Source: Octopus bimaculoides (lineage: Eukaryota). From it: DNA of 50,309 nucleotides. The position numbers were made by a program, and so were the translations under genes. The notes below the pieces were generated by a model. That model was not told the DNA's origin. It worked only from the letters and a program-made list of their open reading frames with translations, and did not search any database. The stretch lies in the NCBI RefSeq assembly GCF_001194135.2, contig NC_068984.1, positions 77,341,943 through 77,392,251 of the forward strand. The letters run 5' to 3'. Of this stretch, positions 1-11,661 are shown one piece after another. How positions within the stretch are numbered: position 1 is the first letter of the stretch; every line of letters begins with the position of its first letter.

Positions 1-80
1 GACAATACACACACACATACACACATTTATATATATTTGTATGTATATATATATATGTGTATATATATATATATATATAT

Positions 81-420
81 GTTGTTGTACTTGGGGATGG
101 TCATATTGCCAGTTTAGCCAATAAAAACACACGCACTGTATATTTGGTGTTAATTTGCTTCAGCTTTATATTACATTAATCTTAATCTTATTTCGGCCAG
201 AGTTCTTTCGTCACACTTCTGTGACCTCATCAGTGGTCCTTTGTTTCCTTCTTTCTTATGTGTGTCTCACCTTGCTAACTATCAGCCATTTTGTATTTTG
301 TATTCCTATTGTCGTGTCCGTCCGGGGAGAGTCATTCTCTTTTAGTGCCGTATTATTTAACACACTCACCGGTAACGTTTCTGATGTTTCAAGTTGAGGA
401 CCGAGAGATGAGTTGTGCCT
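81..420 (-). mobile_element. Probable Penelope-like element 3' (pLTR) remnant
   Basis: Non-coding segment between a (TA)n tract and an RTE fragment. It contains a minus-strand hammerhead fold (195-238), a PLE pLTR hallmark. No ORF is visible and boundaries are approximate. Confidence 0.4.
195..238 (-). ncRNA. Minimal type I hammerhead ribozyme-like motif
   Basis: Minus strand reads GACCA-CTGATGA-G-GTCACA gaag TGTGAC-GAAA-GAAC-TC/TGGCC. Core CUGAUGA...GAAA, 6-bp stem II, stem I CCA/TGG, very short stem III, CUC cleavage triplet. Confidence 0.55.
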
Positions 421-469
421 ATAAGCTAAGATCTTTGTTTTACGTTTCTCTAGTATACTTATTAATGTA

Positions 470-900
470 GGATAATGACCGAAAGAATACAATTGCGTAT
501 ATAAATTGCCGATATGGGACTTGCTTGGAGGATGTCTGGAGTAACTTTAGTTGATATGGTACGCAGCTGGAAGATCAGGAAATCTCTCCAGGTCGAGCCG
601 CTGCTTTTCTGCATTGACAGGTCACAACTCCGGTAATACAGAGAAGTGATTAATATATATTTGGGAAAGAATTGCAAGACAGAGTCTTCAAGCTGAGCCA
701 ACTTGCAGGATGCTTTACAATAGTCCTATAAAGTGGTGAATGGATGATATCCATAGTCCCAGTTGGTCACGCTTGGGAATCCAGCTGAAAAGTGTTGGGA
801 TGGTTATTGCTGGTAAGGCCTAAAGAGAAGATGCTTTCGGACTCTGCCCCCATGGACCCCAACCACGAATAGTGGGGATAAAAATGGATTGAGGAATAAT
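470..900 (+). mobile_element. RTE-clade LINE (Rex3/Expander-like) ORF C-terminal fossil
   Basis: Frame +1 reads IMTERIQLRI*IADMGLAWRMSGVTLVDMVRSWKIRKSLQVEPLLFCIDRSQLR*; further on DDIHSPSWSRLGIQ...CPHGPQP. This matches the RTE C-terminus pattern WVMTER..RIQAAEMSFLRRVAG..L.DRVRS..IRE.L.VEPLLL.IERSQLRW. Multiple stops. Confidence 0.85.
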
Positions 901-902
901 CT

Positions 903-1296
903 TGTTGGTGGTGGTGGTTGGCACTCCGTCGCTTACGACGTCGAGGGTTCCAGTTGATCTGATCAACGGAACAGCCTGTCCGTGAAAATAACGTGCAAGT
1001 GGCTGAGCACTCCACAGACACGTGTACCCTTAACGTAGTTCTCGGGGATATTCAGTGTGACACAGTGTGACAAGGCTGATCCTTTGAATTACAGGCACAA
1101 CAGAAACAGGAAGTAAGAGTGAGAGAAAGTTGTGGTGAAAGAGTACAGCAGGGTTCGCCACCATCCCCTGCCGGAGCCTTGTGGAGTTTTAGGTGCTTTC
1201 GCTCAATAAACACTCACAACGCCCGGTCTGGGAATCGAAACCGCGATCCTATGACCGCGAGTCTGCTGCCCTAACCACTGGGCCATTGCGCCTCCG
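903..1296 (-). mobile_element. tRNA-derived SINE, family A, full length with 12-bp TSD
   Basis: Minus-strand tRNA-like head (A box TGGCCCAGTGG, B box GGTTTCGATTCC) and (AAC/CAC)n tail. TSD GAGGAATAATCT at 891-902 and 1297-1308. Near-identical copies at 27461 and 41347. Confidence 0.92.
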
Positions 1297-2847
1297 GAGG
1301 AATAATCTACTCACCTGTAATAAATACCAACCCTATGCTGATACAGTCTTTCATTCAGTTCTTACATCCTGGATGTTCCCCCTGGGTCAAGGTTTACGGC
1401 ACAAAGAGAGTATCTATTTATGCTCACATCTACCTCGTAAGTACCTAAAACAACCATTGAAAGCATGACACATGTTACCAAGTCATATTTGCCCATGAAA
1501 ACTGCTGGTTGTACTTCTGTCTCAGACCAGCCAGACAAGCAGAAATGTTTAATTTGGCACTATACATGTTTTTCACTTTTTCATGTCTCTCTTAATACTT
1601 TTACTCTTGTTTGATGAGCAAGATCAACTGAATAGTCAGATACTCTTTTTTTCTCTCTTCATTCGACATTTTTAACTTCATTATGCATTTCTTTGATTGC
1701 TTTATTTCGGTTAGCTTTATATTTCTATACGTTTACAGTTGTATGCTTTTGCTTGTCTGACTCGACATATAGTTATCTCGTCTCCATTTTGTTTCATTAA
1801 CTTGATAATATATAGATATATATGGAGAGAGAGAGATCGGGGAGAGGAGTAAAAGTAAGGATAAGCAAGTTAGGTAAGTCGATATACAAAACATATTAAA
1901 TATTAGATATTAAATATTAAAAACGCTTAACGCAAAAGATGTACATATGTCCAACTTACACAGAATAGAAATGATATCAGGAATTAAAGGAGTTGAATAA
2001 GAGTTTTATGGGATCAACAGCTATTTCTGGGCGCTTGGTGGTCCAAAATAATGATTATAAATTGATTCTATTCTCGGGTAATACCAGCCTCTGTCTTCGG
2101 GAGAAAAATTTTACACTTGAGGTGTTGACAGAGTGGATATCTGTCTCTCATTTATAATCTGTGTGTGTGTGTGCGCGCGCGTATGTATGTATACATATGT
2201 AGATATAGATATATATTAAATAAGTGCAAGTACATACATACACACACACACACGTATACACGAATGTACGCACACATATGTACATATGTGTGTGCCTCTT
2301 CGTATGCATGTGCATACACGCACATGTGCAATCAGGTATGTAATATAATTATGATATCAATTTATGTTGAGCAGTGTCTATGTTTTCGATCGCCTCACTC
2401 CTAAAGATTTACCAGATTATCATCAAGAAGAAAAATACATGTTGTAAAAGAGAGAATTTAATGCATATTCAGTCATATGAGGACTGCAGAAATGGAGTTA
2501 TATCATGTTACTGAAGTTCTCTTTGAGGAATTAATATACGTAAGGCGGTTTGTTTACATCTTCGTAAATTAGCGTTTAGGCAAAAATAAAATGATAGAAT
2601 AAGTACTAGATTTTAAAGTACTATAGTGGATTTTGTCAACTAAACTTTTCAAAATAGTGCTACAGCATGGGCGCAGTCCAATGATTGAAATAAGTAAAAG
2701 ATAAAAGATATAACTACCCATGAAGGAGCAGTGATTCTTAGTTGAGACCAGCATCTTCTTTATACGAGGAATTCACAGACCTGAAGAAATAATAAAAAAA
2801 ACATGTGTACAATTCTTCAATAGTCTTTAATATTCCTTATTGTTATT

Positions 2848-3020
2848 GGTGGCGAGCTGGCAGAATCATTAGCACGCCGGCCAAAATGCTTTGCAGTATT
2901 TCATACATCTTCACGGTTTGAGTTCAAATCCCGCCGAGGTCGACTTCACTTTTCGGAGTCGATAAAATAAATTCCAATTGAGCACTGAGGTCGATTTTAT
3001 CGACTTAACCATTCCCCAAA
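2848..3020 (+). mobile_element. tRNA-derived SINE, family C
   Basis: GGCGAGCTGGCAGAA head, GAGTTCAAATCCC B box, central GGTCGAC..TTTCGGAGTCGATAAA block shared with about 10 other copies in the window. Confidence 0.8.
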
Positions 3021-3040
3021 CATACTGGTTATGTATGATA

Positions 3041-3953
3041 TACTGTGTTATTCCATAAATAATGCAATTTTTTTTTTCAATTGGATGAACTAAACGTCGA
3101 AGGAGGACGGGATAAACTGCCAGCATCAACTTGCTATAAAAGCTGGTAGTAATTTTACCTTGTACTTATTCTTAAAGCAAATTTTGAAGAGTGCAGTTAA
3201 TTTTTTAAAGCTATAATGGAAGTGTCAAAGAAGCATATTCGGCATATTTTGCTTTATGAGTTCAATAAAGGCAACAAGGCACCGGAAATTGCGAGGAATA
3301 TTAATACAGTCTATGAGAATCGGAGAATAAGCGTAAGCCAGTGTCAATGGTGATTCCAGAAATTCCGAGCCGGAAACTACAGCCTAGAAGATGAGCCTCG
3401 TCCTGGAAGATTTGTAGAGCTCGATGAGAACGTCCTGCAAATCCTGGTGGAACAAAATCCCATCGTAAATATTGAGGAACTAGCAGAGAATCTTGGATTT
3501 GGTCATTCAACCATTTATAGACACCTGCGTGCCAACGGAAAATGACCATCTTTGGTTTCAATACGAAAAGTGTTCTTCCATCAGGATAATGCTTGGCCAC
3601 AAACAACAAGGATGACATTCCATAAGCTGGAGCAGTTTGAATGGGAAACGATGCCCCACCCACCATATTCGCCGGACATTGCCCCATCTGATTATCATTT
3701 ATTCCGCAGTCTTCAAAATCATTTTGACAGAAAAATATGAATTCTGTAGACAAGATCAAAACAGTACTGGAAGAGTATTTTTCGTCACGGACATATACAT
3801 TTTGGAAGAGGGGCCTTGCAAGTATACCAGATAGATGGAAGAGTACTGTAGAAAATGAAGGAGAGTATATTTTAGATTAAAAAAGAACTTTGTTGATATT
3901 AATTTTGAAAAGTAAGACAAATATAAAGAAATGCATTCTGGGATGATCCAATA
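3041..3953 (+). mobile_element. Internally deleted mariner (DD34D) transposon
   Basis: ATG at 3216: MEVSKKHIRHILLYEFNKG...W*FQKFRAGNYSLEDEPRPGR...HLRANGK*. The WVPHEL/first-D region is deleted. It resumes with HQDNAWPQ...HPPYSPDIAPSDYHLFRSLQNH...DRWKSTVENEGEYILD* (stop 3878-3880). Degenerate TIRs at both ends with TA. Confidence 0.95.
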
Positions 3954-5234
3954 TTTAGACGTTAAGCTTGGTATTAACTCAAATCACATAACACAATGGG
4001 TTGCTTTGGATACTATAGTTATATCACCAAGGTGAAACCTGAATATAAATTCATTTAAATCCTAAGTAGATAATATGGTTCCATCCCCATGGAGTCTTAA
4101 TTTGAACATTTAAAATTTTTTAATGAATGCTTAGATGCTATCTGCAGCCATACGGACATAAGTTTATAGCAGCTATCAGCCTAAAATTTGAAACTGCAAA
4201 TCGTTTTTTCCCCAGTTGAGAATTTTTTGGTAGGCAGACAGACACTTCAAATAAACTGATGACATTTTCAAGAAGTTAACTATTAATTTCCTTTGAATAT
4301 ATATCAACATTGACTAATTGACGTTAGGGACAATATTAACTATCTAAAATTAATGAATACACTTGATTATGCCAGCAGGAAACTACCCAGTGAAGGGCAC
4401 ATAAAGTATTTCCAAAAGGCAGAGACGACGATCAGATGAGAGAATAGAAAGAAGATATACGAGCATCATGTCAGCTGTTGAACTTGCTAGTAAAACTTGT
4501 CAAGAATGAAGTGCTGCAAGCAAACTATGTCTTGCTACTTGCTCTAGAGCTACACTTTAACAAACAGCGCTCGTATACTACTCTAACTCACACTTTCGCT
4601 ATTTATCTCGTGTTCTCGTAACCACAGAAGCAATCCATAATTACACCACTGCATAAAAACAGCTTTGGCTTCTCTTGCTGTTCTCTTCGAACCGTCGTGA
4701 ATTGAAACTATGACCTCTTTCTTTGATCCAGTTAATTCATCTTTCTATTCATCTCAACTGTAAGAGGTTGTTTCTGTAGTCTTGCTTTTATAAATAAGAG
4801 TCAAATATTCATCAAGACGTGCTACACCATCATAAAAAATAGAAGACTATATTTTATAATGTGGTCTTTGAAAAAGGCAACACTTGATTAAGGCACCTCA
4901 TCGAGATCTATTATCAAATGCATTTCAATGCAACCACCTCTTTTCCTTTTTTCATTTAAGAACTCTGGACGTAATGAATGTTTTCTAGCCCTTTAGTGAG
5001 TGTGGCAATCTATAGCATATCTTCATAAGTACAGTAGTCATGCATTACATAAGCGCATAGCCCATGAACTTGTGGGGAAATATATTGAACTTATCTAATA
5101 CATATTCCATCGACGGAAAATAGCCAAAATTGACCTAAGCAACATTTGAACGTTAAGATCTACTATTCTACTGTTTTTTTTTCCAAATTGTGTTATACTG
5201 AATTATATTATAATGTTTTGTATTTATTTTCCAG

Positions 5235-5295
5235 GCTTTCCACTGCTATTTTTAATACCTTGGGTAATATCAAGAATAAAATATGACAACACACT
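5235..5295 (+). CDS. Internal exon of a class B1 (secretin-family) GPCR: end of TM4 and start of ECL2
   Basis: Acceptor tatttattttccag and donor gtaagt. 61 nt, phase 1/2, translating (G)FPLLFLIPWVISRIKYDNT(L), similar to the class B GWG|xPxxFxxPW...Y exon (cf. GLP1R VPLLFVVPWGIVKYLYEDE). Confidence 0.9.
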
Positions 5296-6257
5296 GTAAG
5301 TTAAAATTTTATTCAACATATATAATTCCTGTGTATTCTAAGAATGTCTATTTATTTATATATTGATAATTTCCTTATTATATGGCTCCATATATGTATG
5401 TATGTATGTATATGTGTGTGTATGTGTGTGTGCGTATTTCTCTACATACATACACATATACGTAGATACTTAAATATATGCATACATACGTATACGTTTA
5501 TTAGTTTCTGTATACATGTATGGAATAATATATGCGTGTGAGTGCACCTGTGTGTGCGCGTGCGTGTATGAGGGTGTAGGTTATTCTGGAGAGTAGGTGG
5601 TTTAACTTTGTCAGCACTGACTTCTCTTTAAAGGTTCTTCGTAACTTTTCATTCGAAATTTATATATCCATGGACTCGAAATAAAACATTTTCCCCATTT
5701 TAGAACGCTAAATTACCTTAAGATAAAATTTATATTTAGTCTATGATTTTTATGTATTTTTTATGATTATTTTTCTGAATTAGTTTATTGTATCATTAGT
5801 TTGTTTGCTTTTTTTTTGTATTATCATTTCTGTTGGTTTTATTATTATTGTCTTTTTATTTTCTAAAACACTTTTCAATTCAGTAAGAATTTACTTCTAT
5901 CCTTTATGTGTGTATTCCTAGGTGAATTTCTAATAAATTAAATTAGAAATAGAAAAATAATATAAAGATAGATATGAATTTATAACACGTAGTAAGACGA
6001 TGAATACAACGATACCGTCAGGAAGTGTTTACGCTCGAATTGCTAGAAGTAGCAGCTAAGTCTGCTTCAGACAATATCCAATTGTGGTTAATAATAGATA
6101 CATTATACAATGAAGCCCATGGTATATAAAAAGACTAAAAGATGTAAATAAATAGAACGCACCCACCTAGAAGCACCGATACAGCCAGTAAACTTGCTAG
6201 AAGTAGCAGTTAAATTTTTCTCTGGTTAAGAAACTTGATTTTTTTTTACTAAAACTC

Positions 6258-6328
6258 TTCAAGGTGGTGTGCCAGCATGGCCACAGTCAAATGACTGAAA
6301 CAAATAAAAGAGTAAAGAGTAAAGAGTA
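6258..6328 (+). mobile_element. SINE family B 3' tail fragment
   Basis: GGTGGTGTGCCAGCATGGCCACAGTCAAATGACTGAAACAAATAAAAGAGTAAAGAG matches the 3' end of the family B copies. Confidence 0.65.
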
Positions 6329-7035
6329 TATGTATGTATATGTGTACGCAACCTCATCCTCATATACACATAAGTGTTTACATGCATACACGTAACATAA
6401 TACACATATACATACATATATANNNNNNNNNNNNNNNNNNNNNNNNNNNNNNNNTATATATATATATATTTCTAATACATCATTTATGTAGGAAACTATT
6501 TAATAGGCATAACCTAAAAAATAGTTTTAGTTCAACCCAAAAATTTAAAAGCATGATTTCACACAATGCAACACAACATGAAGCCAGCTGTATAAATGTC
6601 TCAATATATATGTATTATGTTACCTTTATGTATATGAGGATGAGACTGCGTACACATATACATATACATATGTGTATGTATGCGTGTATGCATGTGTGTG
6701 TGGATATATGCGTATGTATGAGTACGTACTTACACATATATGTTTGTGTGTGTATGTGCATGTACGTATACATGTTTGTGTGAGCGTGTACGTATGTAGA
6801 CGTTGTGAACGCAGGAGGTTTATGTCTATGTATTGTGAGAATATGGTTGCGTGTATTTTTATATTTTTTATTTTTTTATTTTTCTACCTACTAGAGTAAC
6901 TTTCCTTTTATTCAACGGCTTATCATAACGTCTGTTGTCATTAATAGCCGACAAGAATGCATCGAAGCTCTTCTCTCCGACATTCGAAACTCCGAGTACT
7001 ATAATGACAACTTTTTACTGCTTATTCTAAATTGT

Positions 7036-7084
<49 letters not shown>

Positions 7085-7086
<2 letters not shown>

Positions 7087-7235
7087 GATAGACCTCTTTC
7101 AGTTTCTATCGACCAAATCTACTCGGCCCGAGGTTATACCAGAAGACACTTGCTCAAGGTGCAACGCAGTGGGACTGAACTCAGAACCATGTGGTTGAGA
7201 AACAAGTTTCTTAACACACAGCCGCATCTGCGTCT
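7085..7235 (-). mobile_element. SINE family B tRNA head fragment
   Basis: Matches the head of the 29330-29741 copy (CCAAGGTGCCACGCAGTGGGACTGAAC...ACACAGCC). Confidence 0.75.
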
Positions 7236-7479
7236 ATGCATACTTGTCCGACATTCTACCTTTGTTCTTCTACCGCTTTCATAATGGGGCCAGCTACCTC
7301 CCTTTCTGTTGTATCCGATTCTATTACAGTAAACTCTTGTGTATACACCAACATAGTTCGCTCGTCTTCAAGATTTCTAGCATCCATAGCAACTGCCCAA
7401 ATATCAGATCGTAGAGAAGGCACATGAGACGACATTCCTGAGGAACCAGATACGAAATATGAAAAGCTTCCGAGTAGTC

Positions 7480-8700
7480 GCTTGATTCGACCAACGAGCA
7501 AGTACCAATCTCTGAAAACCGGTCCGAAACTAACCGCGTTTAGGACTCCTGACAAGTAGCGACAGTCGACCATATCAAAAGCTTTTGACTGATTCAAACT
7601 GATTAGGATCCCACGAAAGTCAGGTTATTCCTCCTTCCCCACCTACGATGTGTCACATGAGGTAATGCTTACCGTTGACAGATTTACTGTGGAAAATATA
7701 GGTTTGTGCTTTCCCAGCTAGAACAACCACCAATAGTAAAAGCACCAACCTCATTGCTAACACCTTGGCTAAAATCTTACTAGATTTTTGGGGCGGGAAT
7801 AATCTATATCCTCTTTATCGACATTCTTTCTCAGCAGCATTTACAATCCCCAGCCACATAACGGTATTTTCCGTTTTCCTACTAGTTGCCTCTTCAAGGC
7901 ACCCCATCACCAATTGCTTGCACCGGCTACCACTTAACAAATTCACTAATATGGTCCCTCTCGTGCTTGCGCGTTTATAAGGACGTATTTAATTGCCACT
8001 AACCGGATCGTTGTATTTAGATCCTGCCTAAGTTGACCGAGCCAACAGTTTCAACTGTTGACATCCTACACTATCCATATCCACTGACCTAACAAAAGCT
8101 ATGTACATATACAATCTAGTTGACAAATTGTGTTTTTGCTTCATGTTTAAAGTGTCACATCAGAGAAATTGAATCAATATCTATAAAATAGTTTGAAACT
8201 TCTGAGCAGGTTTTCGAAAGTTCTGCACTCTTGTCTCATGCCTCAGTCCTACACGTTCTCTCTGAGCGTTTAAAATGCATTTCCAATTCCCCCACCAGAT
8301 ATAAACATCACTACGTTCCCAGGAAAGCTTCTAGATACCTGAATAAATTTGGCTGTCCTGCTTCTGTCGTACATAGACGGCAACTAGATGAAACACACCA
8401 TTTTTGCTCAAGTTCAGCATCATCACCTTGCCGACCATTTCTAGGGAGAGTGTCCATACCTTGAGATATAAGAATTTCCAGAATAGCACAGTACACGTTT
8501 CTGTCGGATCCCGGCAATGAGATAGAAATATCAGAGTCATTATAGTTGGGCGCGCTTGCAGGAACCTCCGAGATTTTTGTCTTGATGATGGCTACTATAT
8601 CAATGTCTAGAAACTTGAAGTCATTCAGCAACTGACCTTGCTCCCAAGCTGACCTTAGACCATACTAATATATAGATCCGACTCCGGGGATAACCGTGGC
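7480..8700 (-). mobile_element. L1/Tx1-clade LINE ORF2 fossil (APE endonuclease + N-terminal RT)
   Basis: Minus strand: GLRSAWEQGQLLNDFKFLDIDIVAIIKTK (APE start, ~8660), ...AGQPNLFRYLEAFLGT, KILAKVLAMRL (~7770), ILISLNQSKAFDMVDCRYLSGVLNAVSFGPVFRDW (cf. DQEKAFDRV.H.YL..VL..FGF). Frameshifted and deleted. Confidence 0.85.
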
Positions 8701-8799
8701 AGTCAGAGACGAAAAAGCAACTGGGGAAGACACTCACGTTAGTCCTCGGGAAGATCAGTTGATTCAGCCTCCGCATTGGTTTACTGATGATGATGATAA

Positions 8800-9003
8800 T
8801 AGTTTCTATTATAGGCACAAGGCCTGAAATTTTGGAGAAAGGACTAGTCGATGACCCCAGTATTTCACTGGCACTTAATTTATCCATCCCGAAAGGATGA
8901 AAAGTAAAGTCGACCTCGGTAGTATTTAAACTCAGAACATAGCGACAGACGAAATACTGCTAAACATTTCCCCCGGCGTGCTAACGATTCTTCCAGCTCA
9001 CCG
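8800..9003 (-). mobile_element. SINE family C
   Basis: GGCACAAGGCC tail region, CCCGAAAGGATGAAAAGTAAAGTCGACCTCGG core, head ending TTCTTCCAGCTCACC. Confidence 0.8.
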
Positions 9004-9005
9004 TC

Positions 9006-9062
<57 letters not shown>

Positions 9063-9065
<3 letters not shown>

Positions 9066-9236
9066 GTTTTAAATTTTGGTACAAAGTCAGAAACTTCGAG
9101 AGTGGGGCTAAGTCGATTACATCGACCCCAGTGCTCGAATAGTACCTGTTTTCTCGACTCCGAAAGGATGAAAGGCAAAGTCTCAACCGAAGCGGAGTTT
9201 GAACTGAGAGTATAAGCACGGACGAAATGCTGTTAA
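9063..9236 (-). mobile_element. SINE family C, tandem with the previous copy; (AAT)n at 9008-9062 is its tail
   Basis: Same core (CCGAAAGGATGAAAGGCAAAGTC) and tRNA B-box region. Confidence 0.75.
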
Positions 9237-9855
9237 TAATAATTGATAGAAGATAGACCATTGATTATCACACGCAATATCATCAGAGTCGTATCTCATG
9301 ATTTATACACCCATGATAGCCATGAATTACGCCAATAGCAAAACTAATTATTATGACTGGAATCCTGGAGCTTGCAGAGATTATTAAAACTGTTTTCCGT
9401 AAAATATGGCTGCTGAGCCAACTTTGTACAGAGGTGGGAAATAAATCCATTGCGATGTGAAAAAAAAAACGGCTCCTAAGAATCTGTAGTGTTAATTACA
9501 ATGCACCAGAAACCCAAATGACTTCTGGAAAGGATATTAACTTGTCACAGATTAACAGCACGCCGTTATAATTAACGGTCCGATCAATACGCAAATGCAT
9601 TATCAACATCGCTAATAACATATGATAAACTCTATAAATCTTACAAATTTAATGAGAAGAGAATGAAACTCACACACACGCACACACACACACACACATA
9701 AATATATATATATCACACCAGTGTAGATACACAAACATACAAAGCGAATAGTACACACACACACACATACATTTATATATCTACATATGTATTTACATGC
9801 ATGTATGTATTTATATGTGTGCATGTATTTATGTATATGCATGCATGTAAGTATG

Positions 9856-9887
<32 letters not shown>

Positions 9888-9960
9888 CATGGGTATGTAT
9901 ATATATATATGGAAAAAAGTCATGGTGGGAAATGCTAAAATAATTTTATAAAAAACATTT

Positions 9961-9996
9961 CAGTACCGGTTTCGGTCATTGAGACGTTTTCAACTG
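9961..9996 (-). ncRNA. Minimal hammerhead ribozyme-like motif, U3:A8 core variant
   Basis: Minus strand reads CAG-TTGAAAA-CGTC tcaat GACC-GAAACCGGTA/CTG. Stem I CAG/CTG, stem II GTC/GAC, palindromic stem III ACCGGT, GUA site. Confidence 0.6.
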
Positions 9997-10158
9997 TAAG
10001 TACGGAAAACAATTAAATTTTGGAAAAATTAAATGAGAAGTTTTTTTAAAAGAATATTTGCATAGTATTCAAATACAAGGGGCATTTTCCTAGTTTCTGC
10101 CTGTCCCTGTCTCTCTTGTTTACTCTTGTGGGTTCGAGGTCGTTGTGAATTCTTGGCA

Positions 10159-10235
10159 GAGAAGAAGAAGAAGAAGAAGAAGAAGAAGAAGAAGAAGAAG
10201 AAGAAGAAGAAGAAGAAGAAGAAGAAGAAGAAGAA
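10159..10235. repeat. (GAA)n microsatellite
   Basis: Perfect GAA run; source of the poly-S ORF artefact. Confidence 0.98.
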
Positions 10236-10260
10236 TGCAGGAGTGCCATGATAGTAGTAG

Positions 10261-10592
10261 GATGTTAAATGGTCAAATGCTCTGAAAGTGACTTGTTGTG
10301 GATGGTAGTAGTGATTGAATTCTTGAGGTATCTCTTTTGAATGTATTGTTTATAATATTTGCGTAGGTGTTATTCTAAACAGCAGTAGTAGTAAAGTAAG
10401 GAAGGAGGTGGCAGAGAGGAAGAAGAAGAAGCAGAAGCAGAGAAAGAATAATAAAAGAATGCGCGATGTTAAATGGTCAAGTGACCTAAAAGTGGCTCGT
10501 TGTGGATTATAGCAATGATTGGGACTGTTTTAATGAATTTTTGGTTATCTCCTTTGAATGTATCATTTTTAATATTTGCGTGTGTCATTCTA
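10261..10592. repeat. Two diverged ~120-bp direct repeats (10261-10378 and 10466-10592)
   Basis: Both begin GATGTTAAATGGTCAA and end TTTGAATGTAT...AATATTTGCGT..GT.ATTCTAA. Confidence 0.85.
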
Positions 10593-11360
10593 AGGTCGTG
10601 GTGGGTATGTCATTTGTTGCAGACGCGTTCAAAAGGAGTCTGTATTTTGTGATAAAAAGAAACTCTTTACTAATTCGTTGGCTACAGATTGTGAAGCTGG
10701 GATTTTCGTTAGTGGTGCAATGTCGATTTCTGCCAGCTCGCCGCTTTTCTCTATGCTTAAGTGCCAGATCGGTTATAGTTAGAAAACATGAAAGGGACAT
10801 AACTTAACATTTTTAAATTCTGAAGCATCGGCTACATCTTCATCATATATAAGTATTTCAAATCCTTCCCATCAAACACCATATTTTATTTTATAAGGAG
10901 TAAATAAAAGAGCTTCCATATAGAATTTTCTTCACAGGCAGACTTAGAACCTAAAGAGGGGGCATACTTTTACACCTGAATGTAACTAAAAACATATTTC
11001 TTTTCATTTCAGTTCCCACTTTGCCTGCAATATTTTTAAGTTTTCACTTTTCTTGTCCTATATTTTCAGATTCAATTATGTTATCACTCCTGCGTTTACA
11101 TTTTCCCTACTACTTCACTCCTTTTACAGGCATAGCTTTTTACAATTTACTTTTCAAACAAAATTCAAAAAGCTTAGAATATATAGTAAATTTTATGAAT
11201 TGACAAAAACTAGATTATATTAAGTTGGCTAATGAGGAACCTTAGACGAAGTAGAAAATGCTAATAAAGCAGCAGTAGAATAACTTGATGATGTCATTCA
11301 GAAATCAGTGGAGTAAATATGAGCCGATGATATGTACATATATGTGGGAAAAAATGTGCA

Positions 11361-11425
<65 letters not shown>

Positions 11426-11610
11426 NNNNNNNNNNNNNNNNNNNNNNNNNNNNNNGACGTTTCGTATAGGGATACGTTTATGTAGATAGAAAAATTAGGT
11501 AATGGTGTATATACATATTTCAAGAGTCATTGTTATTTCATCAGGAAAACATCCAACACATCAACTATTCACGGACGCTTTGCTTAAATACTCACTCACT
11601 ATGTTTAATG

Positions 11611-11661
<51 letters not shown>

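Larger units (their letters stand above)
9920..10720 (-). mobile_element. Probable PLE 3' end (GIY-YIG C-terminus, 3'UTR and hammerhead)
   Basis: Minus strand near 10620-10700 reads FTICSQRISKEFLFITKYRLLLN (cf. GIY-YIG end R..KE..FI.K..P.LN). It is followed by duplicated ~120-bp UTR blocks, (TTC)n and a hammerhead fold at 9961-9996. Confidence 0.5.

Noticed and set aside
2472-2539. Possible plus-strand exon (ttcag...gtaagg; MRTAEMELYHVTEVLFEELIY)
   Set aside because: It does not resemble the expected TM3-TM4 exon (WMLxEG...GW) and does not end in the required TGG-G phase.
2569-2780. Minus-strand acceptor with short frame SVNSSYKEDAGLN*, and hydrophobic ORF 2569-2754
   Set aside because: No recognisable homology and no partner exons found.
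11149-11203. Phase-1-like acceptor followed by GIAFYNLLFKQNSKSLEYI
   Set aside because: No class B similarity, no good donor, and it runs into a stop.
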